DNA of 40,494 nt from a virus (taxonomy: Duplodnaviria; Caudoviricetes): positions 1 to 40,494 of IMG/VR virus record IMGVR_UViG_3300049924_000315; one strand, 5' to 3'. The position numbers were made by a program, and so were the translations under genes. This document shows positions 32,637 to 40,494 of the stretch, in pieces. The notes beneath the pieces were generated by a model. The model was given only the letters and a program-made list of their open reading frames with translations. It did not search any database and was not told where the DNA came from. Numbering within the stretch: position 1 is the stretch's first letter; each line of letters begins with the position of its first letter.

Positions 32637-33992
32637 TTACCAGGTGTAGACCCGGACCTCCCCGCGCCCGCCAGCGCCACCGTTCCCGCCGACGCCAGTA
32701 TTCGCACCGACGCCGCCGCCGCCGCCACCGCCGCCAACCGCGCCGCCTGCCCCGCCCGCAGCGCCGGCGGTGTTGGCAGAGATCGTGCCTCCTCCTCCGC
32801 CACCGCCCGCACCACTCTGCAATGAATTGCCGTCTGCGCCGGCCGTCCCCGCCGTTGGCGAGGCGCCGCCTGTCCCAGCCGCGCCACCGCCGCCACCAGC
32901 TGCTGTGCAGACGTTAGACGCACCCCCCGCGGTTGAAGCTATCAGAGCTGGCGTAACCGTAGCGCCACCACCGCAGCCACCGCCGCCTCCACCCTTGAGC
33001 GATGTCCCGCCCGGGCCATTGGCCGGGACGTTCGTATGTCCGCCACCGCCGCCACCGCCGGATTCTGCATACCCGCCTGCCGACCCGTTGGCGCCGCCGA
33101 TCGCGCCGGTTCCGCCGACATTGGTCAGCGCCCCGGTGCCAGGCAAACCCCCAGCGCCCCCAGCCGTCGTCCCGGTCGATCCAGCGCCACCAGTGCCCCC
33201 ACCACCGCCACCACCGCCAGCCGTGGATGCGTTGTCGCCGAGCTGCCCACCGCCGCCACCATAGGCGACAACAGTCGTTCCGAAGCTGGAATTCCCGCCG
33301 ATGCCGCCAGCGGTTCCATCAGCGCCAGATGCGCCACCAGCACCAGCAGTGCCGCCAGCGCCGACCGTCACCGATACTGTAGCGCCGAGCTGCGACGCCA
33401 TCATGTACTCGCGAACGAAAGCCCCACCGCCGCCGCCACATCCGCCAGTGCGCACAACTGCACCCGTTTGGCTCGCGCCGCCGCCACCTCCACCGCCGCC
33501 GCCAACGCAGACGGCCATGACAATCGATGGAGTGAAACTGGTGGGCTTCGTCCAGGTTGCTGCGCCTGGCGTGCTGAAGACCTGAATGTCAACCGGACCC
33601 GATGGCAATTTCGGCACACCGTCCGTCGAGTAGTGAATCCACGTGCCAGCTGCGTTGTAAGCTAATACCTCACCGGCGAGCAGCGTTGCCTTGATCACCG
33701 TATTCGTGTTCGTGCCATCCTCGCGCGTAAGCGTCACGTCGCACGATGTCGAGGCGTGATTGTTTCTCAGAGTGAGTTCAATCACCCGCTTGATCAGGGA
33801 TGCAGCCCCGGTCAACAATGTCTGCGTTGTGGCCGTGGTAATGCTCGCAACGATCGTCGGCGCCGTCACTGTTCCGTCGACAACCGGTGGCGACGCAGTG
33901 CTGACGGCAACAAGCGAGCCGGTAACTTCGATGTCAGCCGCTGCGCTCGTGATGACGCGCAGCAGGTGATTTGTGCCTGAACCGATCAGCAT
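32637..33992 (-). CDS. Glycine-rich fibre-like protein
   Basis: QVFSTPGAATWTKP...VGGGGGGG...GGAGGRGEVRVYTW glycine-rich domain. Confidence 0.8.
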   Translation of the reverse strand: MLIGSGTNHLLRVITSAAADIEVTGSLVAVSTASPPVVDGTVTAPTIVASITTATTQTLLTGAASLIKRVIELTLRNNHASTSCDVTLTREDGTNTNTVIKATLLAGEVLAYNAAGTWIHYSTDGVPKLPSGPVDIQVFSTPGAATWTKPTSFTPSIVMAVCVGGGGGGGGGASQTGAVVRTGGCGGGGGAFVREYMMASQLGATVSVTVGAGGTAGAGGASGADGTAGGIGGNSSFGTTVVAYGGGGGQLGDNASTAGGGGGGGGTGGAGSTGTTAGGAGGLPGTGALTNVGGTGAIGGANGSAGGYAESGGGGGGGHTNVPANGPGGTSLKGGGGGGCGGGATVTPALIASTAGGASNVCTAAGGGGGAAGTGGASPTAGTAGADGNSLQSGAGGGGGGGTISANTAGAAGGAGGAVGGGGGGGGVGANTGVGGNGGAGGRGEVRVYTW

Positions 33993-33998
33993 GATTTC

Positions 33999-34592
33999 CT
34001 AGGCATCGAGACGAATCGAATGCGGACTCACGGCAAGCGTTCCCTGCGCGCCGAACGTCTCTTCCACGATCACCGCCATCACGCACTTGCGCCCCGGTTC
34101 GGTGGTGAGGTCGATGGCCGCGCCGCCGGCCGTGGCGCCGACTTGGAACGTGTCGGTCGTGATGGTCGGGCGAACGAAGTAGACCGTGCCTTCGGTCAAA
34201 CCGCCGGGCACGGTGTCGCCATAAAACGCAATCTTCTGGTCCGCCACCAGGCCGTGCGCCGGTATCTTGACGGTGTTGGCCGTCAGGTCGACACTGAATT
34301 CCTGCTCGGTGCCGCCATTGGCGATCATGCCCAGGAAGTTGCCGGCGGTCACCGCGTCCCACATGCCGATCCAGCGCACCGTGGTGGCGGCCGGAATGTC
34401 GAACGTGGGCGTGTTGCTGGCGGTGCGAATTTCACTCGCCGCCGCGCCGTAGGTGACGCTCTTTCTTGCATAGGCGGGCGTGCCGCCGGTCACCTCATTC
34501 GTGCCGGTGGTGGAATAGGCGGTGTGCGCCGACAGGTGGGTGCCGGTGAAGCCGCCGAGCATGGCGTTGCGGGCTGCAGTGGTGAATGACAT
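33999..34592 (-). CDS. Virion structural protein, fibre-attachment-like
   Basis: NEVTGGTPAYARKSVTY, IGMWDAVTAGNFL and LTEGTVYFV...DTFQV...AIDLT motifs; AAGGA RBS. Confidence 0.7.
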   Translation of the reverse strand: MSFTTAARNAMLGGFTGTHLSAHTAYSTTGTNEVTGGTPAYARKSVTYGAAASEIRTASNTPTFDIPAATTVRWIGMWDAVTAGNFLGMIANGGTEQEFSVDLTANTVKIPAHGLVADQKIAFYGDTVPGGLTEGTVYFVRPTITTDTFQVGATAGGAAIDLTTEPGRKCVMAVIVEETFGAQGTLAVSPHSIRLDA

Positions 34593-34626
34593 GGCGGGGG
34601 CTTCCTTGAGTTCGGTTCAGTGCTGA

Positions 34627-36474
34627 TCAGTTGACGGGCACGACGCGCTTGATGCTTTGGATGTGGCCGCGCTCGTCGTGCTCGATGATTTCGTCGTACA
34701 CCTCTGTCTTGGGCATGCTGAGGTTGATTTCGGGCGCCTCGACCTGCACGCTGATGGCGGGCGGCTGCACCGTCACGTTCACGTCGGGCGGCTTGGCCGG
34801 GTTGTTGAAGTGCCAGGCCATCGCGTTCTTGAGCGCGGCGTCGGCCTGGTCGTTCGCGGTTTCCTCGGGCGTGGCTTCCGGCGGTGGTGGCGGCACCATC
34901 ACCACCGGTTCCGGCGGCGCCAGGCCGGGGTGCTCAAGGCCTGCCTCTTTGCGCGCCTCGGTTTCCTTCAGGGTCTGGCGGTGTTTGGTTTCCCAGTCGA
35001 CGCCATCGTGCAGAATGCTTTCGGCCTGAAGGGTGCTGATGCCCAGCTCCACCCGCGCCCGCGCGGCGTCAACCTCTTTGCCGGGGTCGATGGACCCAGG
35101 CCCGTCGCCCACCCATTGGCAGCCAGACCAGGCGTGGCGCGAAACATCGTCCGCAAAGAAGCCTGGCGCAGCAATGCGCCCGGCTGCCACCTCTTCGCTG
35201 AGCCACAGCTCATACACCGGCTGGCACATGTGGGTGGCCAGCCAGTCCCGCCAGCCGTGGAAGAAGCGCCACGCCATCAGCAGCGCGCCGCGCGCCGCGC
35301 TGTAGCTGCTTTGGTAGTGCATCACCAGCACTTCGTAGGGGATGCCCAGGGCCATGCCGATCTGGCGCACGCACGACGTCACGAACGGGTCAAACTGCGC
35401 GTTCGGGCGGCCGGGGTTGCTGGTCTCGATGCTTTCACCGGGCAGCAGGTTGACGGCCTTGCCGGATTCGAGAGCGCCGCTCCAATTTTTGGAGCCTTCC
35501 ACAATCGACTCCTGCGCGTCTTGCGCGAACAGGTCTTGAAACGCGTTCGGGTCCATCTTCACGAACACGCTGAACAGGCCCGAGGTGACTGCCGCTTGCA
35601 GCTCGGCGTCGGTGTAGCGGGCCAGTTGTTTGAGCGGTTCGATCACCGGCGCCAGAATGGGCACGCCGCGCCGCAGGCCTGGGCGCAGCTGGCGGAACAG
35701 GTGCAGAACATTGCGCCGCCCGGTGCTGCTGCCGCGTGCGGCCACGCGCGTCCAGGTGATGCTGGCGGTGTTGCGCGCATCCCCCGGGTGTTGGCTGGCC
35801 ACATGGTAGGCGATGGCCTCGCCGGTCACGGGGCTGTGCTCAATGCCGGCGGTGAGCGTGGCGGTGTCTTGCTTGCGGTCCGGGTTGCAGACCAGATCGG
35901 CCTCGATCACCTGCAGCGCCAGGCGCGGCTCGCCACCTCCAGAGCGCGCAACGCGCGGGGTCAGCACGAAGGTGTCGCCGCTCACCAGCGCACCGCGCAG
36001 CCCGAGGTCTTGCAGGCCGTAGAAGTTCTGGAAGCGCGCCAGGTCGCAGTCTGCGCATTCGGCCCAGGCCTTGAAGCGGCGCCGCACGTCAAGCTGCCAC
36101 TGCGCGGCCTCGTCTTCATCCAGCCCGAGGTATTCGGCGTCCACCTGCGGGTTGCACGACAGCCCGGTGCCCACCGCGTGCGCGGCGGTGGTGTTGATCA
36201 CCCCCGCCGCGATGGGCGCATTGCGCTCGAGGTCGCGCGAGCGCTGGCGCAGCATGGGCAGGTCGACGATGACATCGCGATCGGGCGAGCCGGCTTGCGT
36301 GGTCCACGCGGCGAGCGCAGCGCGGTCGATGCGCGCGCCGGTGTAGCCGCCGGCAATGGCCAGCATGCCGCGCGCCTGCAGCCGGCGCATGGCGAGCTGG
36401 GGCGCAACGTAGGCCAGCGCCTTGTCGAGCAGGTTCTGCGGCGCGAGCTGCGGCGGCTTGGCAGGCTTGGCCAT
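34627..36474 (-). CDS. Portal protein, lambda type
   Basis: LRQRSRDLERN, VLHLFRQLRPGLRRGVPILAP, SYSAARGAL and IDPGKE motifs. Confidence 0.95.
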   Translation of the reverse strand: MAKPAKPPQLAPQNLLDKALAYVAPQLAMRRLQARGMLAIAGGYTGARIDRAALAAWTTQAGSPDRDVIVDLPMLRQRSRDLERNAPIAAGVINTTAAHAVGTGLSCNPQVDAEYLGLDEDEAAQWQLDVRRRFKAWAECADCDLARFQNFYGLQDLGLRGALVSGDTFVLTPRVARSGGGEPRLALQVIEADLVCNPDRKQDTATLTAGIEHSPVTGEAIAYHVASQHPGDARNTASITWTRVAARGSSTGRRNVLHLFRQLRPGLRRGVPILAPVIEPLKQLARYTDAELQAAVTSGLFSVFVKMDPNAFQDLFAQDAQESIVEGSKNWSGALESGKAVNLLPGESIETSNPGRPNAQFDPFVTSCVRQIGMALGIPYEVLVMHYQSSYSAARGALLMAWRFFHGWRDWLATHMCQPVYELWLSEEVAAGRIAAPGFFADDVSRHAWSGCQWVGDGPGSIDPGKEVDAARARVELGISTLQAESILHDGVDWETKHRQTLKETEARKEAGLEHPGLAPPEPVVMVPPPPPEATPEETANDQADAALKNAMAWHFNNPAKPPDVNVTVQPPAISVQVEAPEINLSMPKTEVYDEIIEHDERGHIQSIKRVVPVN

Positions 36475-36517
36475 GGGTCAGGTGCGGGCGGGCATGGTGC
36501 GGTCGGCGCCGGGCGCG

Positions 36518-36745
36518 TCAGCCGGCGGGAACGATGGTGCGGGCACGGCTGGCGCCCGTGGCAGCAGCGGCCAAAGTGGTGGCGCGATCATCCCAGATTT
36601 CAATGCCCTTCTGAATTTCGGCCAGGTTCGCGCGCGTGAGCTTGCGCCCGGCAATCTCGTAGGATTGCCCCGACAAAACCGCATATTCGGCAGCAAGATA
36701 GGCAGCAAGCTGAACCTCAGCCTGCGCAAGTGAAATTCCGGCCAT
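36518..36745 (-). CDS. Head-tail adaptor, gpW-like
   Basis: YLAAEYAVLSGQSYEIAGRKLTRANLAEIQKGIEIW; AGGAG RBS; precedes portal. Confidence 0.85.
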   Translation of the reverse strand: MAGISLAQAEVQLAAYLAAEYAVLSGQSYEIAGRKLTRANLAEIQKGIEIWDDRATTLAAAATGASRARTIVPAG

Positions 36746-36767
36746 GAAGGTGCGCTCCTGTGCGGAG

Positions 36768-36815
36768 GCACTCTAGGCAGCGCGGCGTCTCAAAATAAGG
36801 GAGGTTTTGAGACGA
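36768..36815 (-). promoter_or_regulatory. Putative activator-dependent late promoter, copy 2
   Basis: Near-identical to 30258-30305; upstream of gpW and portal. Confidence 0.72.
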
Positions 36816-36936
36816 CCAAGCGCATGGCGGCTGGTCTGCGGCGTATCAATGGGCGACCTGCGGGCGTATCGCGCGACCATTGAGGCCAGGCTTGGCTTTG
36901 CGGATCGTCGTGCTGACGTTACGCCGCAGAATGTGC

Positions 36937-36955
36937 GGTCGAATTCAAGTTAGCC
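36937..36955 (+). other. attI-like site heading the second mini-array
   Basis: GGTCGAA-TTCAA-GTTAGCC; same GGTCKAM-N5-GTTAGSC pattern as 12134-12152. Confidence 0.55.
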
Positions 36956-36963
36956 TCACCCAT

Positions 36964-37203
36964 TCAGACCGTAATGCCGCGCAGAGTTCCCAAGCTGCGG
37001 ATCATCCGCACTACATCGCCCTCCATCACAGCCTCTTCTGCGGCACGCAAGTCACGCTCGATAAGCATCGCGGCAAGCGTGCCGGCCGGGCCTATCTCAC
37101 GATACTGGCCCAGCACCTCGCGCACGCGGTTAATCTCTTTTGGCAGTGCAAGCCCTAGTGTTTCCATCTGTTCGCTAATAGTCGTTCCTTGCTTGTTGTC
37201 CAC
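36964..37203 (-). CDS. Cassette hypothetical protein
   Basis: TLGLALPKEINRVREVLGQYREIGPAGTLAAMLIE...GDVVRMIRS; bounded by the attI-like site and an attC. Confidence 0.7.
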   Translation of the reverse strand: MDNKQGTTISEQMETLGLALPKEINRVREVLGQYREIGPAGTLAAMLIERDLRAAEEAVMEGDVVRMIRSLGTLRGITV

Positions 37204-37216
37204 CTTGACAGGGTGC

Positions 37217-37274
37217 GCCTAAACCCGCCACTGAAGCGCACCCGGGTACGGGCCGCGTGCCGGCAACGTTATGC
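37217..37274 (+). other. Degenerate attC site
   Basis: GCCTAAAC...CCGGCAAC-GTTATGC; CCGGCAACGTTATGCG (37260-37275) is identical to the reverse complement of 9799-9814. Confidence 0.6.
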
Positions 37275-37508
37275 GCCGAAAATCATCACGGCATTGCTGT
37301 CGCATCGCCTCCACGGCGCGCGCAGGTCTTTTGACAATCGCTGCGTGATGCCGATATTGAGGAACCCGGCGCCAAGACTTTCGTAAGCAACCTCCACGGT
37401 GCCGGTTTTTTGCAATATTTCTGCAGCCGCCACGTAAAGTGCCCGGTAGGCCTCGGGGCTGGCCGCATCCGTAGAGTCGAGCCCTATTGGCGTTGTTTCA
37501 TTGGTCAT
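37269..37508 (-). CDS. Cassette hypothetical protein
   Basis: AAAGG RBS and ATG 37508; the TAA stop lies inside the attC GTTATGC box. Confidence 0.6.
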   Translation of the reverse strand: MTNETTPIGLDSTDAASPEAYRALYVAAAEILQKTGTVEVAYESLGAGFLNIGITQRLSKDLRAPWRRCDSNAVMIFGA

Positions 37509-37545
37509 CGTCGCACCTTTCCGCAACTCAGTCTCGCGTTGATCA

Positions 37546-37860
37546 TTATGGAGGCGGCCCCTTCTTCATCAGCCGGTACAGCGTGGCCCGGCTGATGCCG
37601 TGCTCACGCGTCACCTCGGCGGTGGCGGTGTTGCTCAGGCCTTGCTGGTAGGCGCGGCGCGCCACTTCCGGGGCGATGCTGGGTCGCCCGGGCTGGCCGG
37701 CTTCGGTCTTGGGCATGCGGTACTTCTCTCCGCCGAACATCGCCCGAAACGCCGGCATCAGTGCGTCAGCCTTCGCCTCAAGCACCTGGCGCGGGCACTC
37801 TTTCAGCTCGCTGGCCAGCGTCTGGACCACGATGTAGCGGAACACGTCTTCGTGGTTCAT
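37546..37860 (-). CDS. Mor/C-like HTH late transcription activator
   Basis: FGGEKYRMPK followed by C-terminal HTH EVTREHGISRATLYRLMK. Confidence 0.7.
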   Translation of the reverse strand: MNHEDVFRYIVVQTLASELKECPRQVLEAKADALMPAFRAMFGGEKYRMPKTEAGQPGRPSIAPEVARRAYQQGLSNTATAEVTREHGISRATLYRLMKKGPPP

Positions 37861-39938
37861 CCGCGCCGCTCCCCGGCCCGGCGCATGCCGGACAGCGTGA
37901 TGCGCCCGCCCAGCAGCGTGGGCGGTGGCGGTGGCGCATCGTCCGGCTGGTTTGCCGGCCGCGCTTGCAATTCAGCGGGCGCCTCGCCTTCGGGCGTGTC
38001 GAACAGGTCGCCTTCGAACGACACTTCAAGCCGCTGCCACATGCGGTCGGTGTAGCGGTGCAGGTCCATCGCGTGCGCGGCAAAGATGGCGTAAACGGTG
38101 CAGTCGAGCTTTTCGTTGCGCACGCCGCTGGGCTTGACCCACCGATACCGCTCGCCGCTGTGCGTGCGCACGGGCACGCGGCTTTCGGCGGTGATCTGCC
38201 GGAAGAAGTCTGCCGACAATTCCTTGCTGAGGTGCACGTAGCCGGGCCCGGGCTTTTGCACCTTGAACCGGCCGTGCAGCAGGTCTTTGGCGGTGTCGGT
38301 GCCCACGTGCCACAGCCGCACGCCACGCGGCACGATCTTTCCGCGCACGTTCACATCCTGCAGGCTGCTCTTGCCCTTGACGGGCTTGCCGTCGATGCTG
38401 TCACCCTTGACGGCGAAGAAGTTGTTCCGCGCATGGCTGCGCACGAAGTTGTAGGCCTGGTGGGTGTAGTGCCCGCCGGTGTCGATGGCTGCGGCCTTGA
38501 TCTTCATCGGAATGCCGCAGGCGTGCTTCACTGGGCTTTCGAGGTAGGGCAGCAGCTTTTCATCCCACTCGCGTTCGTCGGCGGGGTTGCCGTGGATCAC
38601 CATGTCGTCGACGCACCACGACTCTTCGCCGCGGCCCCAGGCCCAGATGACGACTTCCCAGCGATCGCCCTGCACGTCGACCCCAGCGGTGAGCACTACA
38701 CCGCCGCGCGGAACGACGCGCAACTTGTAGTTGCCCTCAAGCTCCGCGCGCTTTTCGAGGGCGGTGGCATCGGTGCGTTCGAGCTCGACCTCGTAAGTTT
38801 CGCCGCGCGTGGTGTTGATGAAGGTCTTGAGGTCGGAGTCGTCGCCCTGCTTCGCCTTGCGCGCCGCCGCAAGGAACTCGCCGACGATCGAGGTCCACGC
38901 GGCTTGCGGGCTGTACGCCGTCCAGGTGAAAAACGCGATGTGCCGGGGCGGCGGCACTTCCTGGCCGTCTGGGGTTCGAAATTTCAGCGTGTTGGTGTCG
39001 CTCTCATCGATCCACAGGCCGGCATCGCTTTTCCAGCGGCCTTGCCAGTTGGCCAGGTATTCGGCCTGGGTGATGAGCGCGCCGCAGTGCAGGCACAGGT
39101 GGGCGGCTGTCGACGGGTCATTGTCGCGCCACTTCATGCCGTGCGCTGCACCCTTGCCGCCCCACTCTAGCGTGTGCTCTTCGGTGCAGTGCGGGCAGCG
39201 GATGAAGTAGCGCATGCGCGCGTCGGCTTCGGCTTCGCGCGACTCGATGAGGCTGAAGCCTTTCAGCTTGGGCGTGCTGCCGGCCACGGATTTCGGGAAC
39301 GTCGCGCCCTCGATGCGCTTGTCACCCAGCTTGAACGGGCTGCCTTCGTTTTCAATGTCGGTGTCGAAGCCGTCGGCCTCGTCGTAGTACACCGTGTCGA
39401 CGGTGATTCGCCGGTAGTTCTTTGCCGCCTTGCCGCCGCGCAGGTGCAGCAGGCAGCCGATGAAGCGCTTCTTCTTCATCGTGTTGTCTTTGCTCTTGCG
39501 GTTGACCTTCGGGAACACGCGGCGCATGGCTTTTATGTCGCGCAGCGCGGGCTCTAGCTCGGTGGTGGTGAAGTCGTCGCGGTCTTCATCGGTCGGCTGA
39601 TACACGACCTGGTTGCGCCGCTTGTGCTCGGCCATGTAGCACACGGCGCCGAGAAAAATCTTGGTGTACCCGGTGCGGGCGGACTTGCGCCAGGTCACGG
39701 CCTCGATGCCGTCGTGCCCGATGCAATCGGCAATCGCCACCTGGAACGGGTAGAAGGTCCACGCACCCTTTTCGTAGCTGCTTTCCTCGCTGAGGTAGAA
39801 ATGCTGCTCCATCCAGGTGGACAGCCGCATCGGTGCGGGCACTTCGAGCGGCGCCAGGCCGCGCCGCGCGCATCGGTTGATCTCGGCGCGCACGTCATCT
39901 TCGACGTGCAGCATGCGGGCCAGCTCGGCGTGGTCCAT
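37857..39938 (-). CDS. Terminase large subunit, lambda GpA family
   Basis: KSARTGYTK, YYDEADGF, GSTPK, CPHC, LTAGVDVQ, IDTGG and RNEKLDCTVYA motifs. Confidence 0.96.
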   Translation of the reverse strand: MDHAELARMLHVEDDVRAEINRCARRGLAPLEVPAPMRLSTWMEQHFYLSEESSYEKGAWTFYPFQVAIADCIGHDGIEAVTWRKSARTGYTKIFLGAVCYMAEHKRRNQVVYQPTDEDRDDFTTTELEPALRDIKAMRRVFPKVNRKSKDNTMKKKRFIGCLLHLRGGKAAKNYRRITVDTVYYDEADGFDTDIENEGSPFKLGDKRIEGATFPKSVAGSTPKLKGFSLIESREAEADARMRYFIRCPHCTEEHTLEWGGKGAAHGMKWRDNDPSTAAHLCLHCGALITQAEYLANWQGRWKSDAGLWIDESDTNTLKFRTPDGQEVPPPRHIAFFTWTAYSPQAAWTSIVGEFLAAARKAKQGDDSDLKTFINTTRGETYEVELERTDATALEKRAELEGNYKLRVVPRGGVVLTAGVDVQGDRWEVVIWAWGRGEESWCVDDMVIHGNPADEREWDEKLLPYLESPVKHACGIPMKIKAAAIDTGGHYTHQAYNFVRSHARNNFFAVKGDSIDGKPVKGKSSLQDVNVRGKIVPRGVRLWHVGTDTAKDLLHGRFKVQKPGPGYVHLSKELSADFFRQITAESRVPVRTHSGERYRWVKPSGVRNEKLDCTVYAIFAAHAMDLHRYTDRMWQRLEVSFEGDLFDTPEGEAPAELQARPANQPDDAPPPPPTLLGGRITLSGMRRAGERRG

Positions 39939-39940
39939 GC

Positions 39941-40462
39941 TCAGGCCGCAGCCGCCTCAATTTCGTCTTCGTCGCCTTCGTCGTGCTCGGCGTCTTCAAG
40001 CGACACTTTCGCAGCCAAGGCGCGACACTTAACCACCTCTTCGTCAATGATGGCCAGGGCACTGGGTGGAACGTCAGGCAAGCGGCGCTTGATGCGCGGG
40101 ATCAGCCCATTCAGTACCCCGGAGACTCCACCAGCGAACTTACCAAGCACGACCTCAAGCAGGGCAATCGACGCCACCTCGCGCCGACTCTGCGCGTTTT
40201 CCATCGCCACGCGGTCGGCCTGTTCACGCGCCAGGCGGGCACGTTCGCGCGCCAGTTCGCCGTCAGCACTGCGCCCGGCGGCTTGTTCGCGCAGGTGCTG
40301 GCAGTACGCCAGCAGCCAATCGCCCAGCGTGGCGCCTTCGGGCAACACGCCGGCGCGGATCTGCTCACTGACAGCCTGCTGGCTGATGCCCACCAGCACG
40401 CCGAAGCGTTCCTGGCTCACAGCCTCAGCCAACCACCCCGCCACCACCTCATCCGCCATCAC
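39941..40462 (-). CDS. Terminase small subunit, Nu1-like
   Basis: SQERFGVLVGISQQAVSE HTH; YCQHLREQAAGR...ERARLAREQADRVAMEN. Confidence 0.9.
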   Translation of the reverse strand: MMADEVVAGWLAEAVSQERFGVLVGISQQAVSEQIRAGVLPEGATLGDWLLAYCQHLREQAAGRSADGELARERARLAREQADRVAMENAQSRREVASIALLEVVLGKFAGGVSGVLNGLIPRIKRRLPDVPPSALAIIDEEVVKCRALAAKVSLEDAEHDEGDEDEIEAAAA

Positions 40463-40494
40463 AACCCCCTAAGGAACTGCACAAAACTAGAGAC

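Larger units (their letters stand above)
1..40494. mobile_element. Near-complete lambdoid tailed phage genome, excised (attP) form, opened near the packaging site
   Basis: Packaging, head, tail, lysis and replication modules are all present. attP is internal with phage genes on both sides. No host genes. The window ends fall between the gpZ-like gene and terS. Confidence 0.92.

Noticed and set aside
32770-33585. Pro-rich plus-strand ORFs and CCG repeats
   Set aside because: Reverse complement of the Gly codons of the glycine-rich gene.
34657-36639. 660 aa plus-strand ORF (likewise 18018-19916, 16690-17985, 37761-39170)
   Set aside because: Antisense shadows of the portal, tail tip, fibre and terminase genes; no motifs.

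Overview
The window is an apparently near-complete ~40.5 kb, high-GC lambdoid siphophage genome. A betaproteobacterial host is a guess from gene style, not shown. The minus strand carries terS, terL, a Mor-like activator, gpW, portal, a fibre-like insert, head closure, S49 protease/scaffold, cement, capsid, tail and lysis genes. At the left end it also carries cro, a small DNA-binding gene, a replication initiator, DnaB and a gpZ-like gene. The plus strand carries the early accessory operon. The main finding is an integron-type gene-cassette array inside this operon (~7640-12152). It has about 12 attC sites (8 well formed, 4 partial or hybrid), 9 cassettes with complementary ends, and an attI-like site at its head. 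There is no intI gene, and every cargo gene lies antisense to the canonical attC polarity, co-oriented with the phage early promoter. A second attI-like site with a two-gene mini-array of the same inverted design lies between terL/Mor and gpW (~36937-37508). The phage also looks ex-temperate: PL and PR sit back to back with four operators but no cI, and only the C-terminal ~100 codons of the tyrosine integrase remain, next to an intact-looking attP (3' half of tRNA-Val(CAC) with arm repeats). All calls come from manual reading; no database searches were run.
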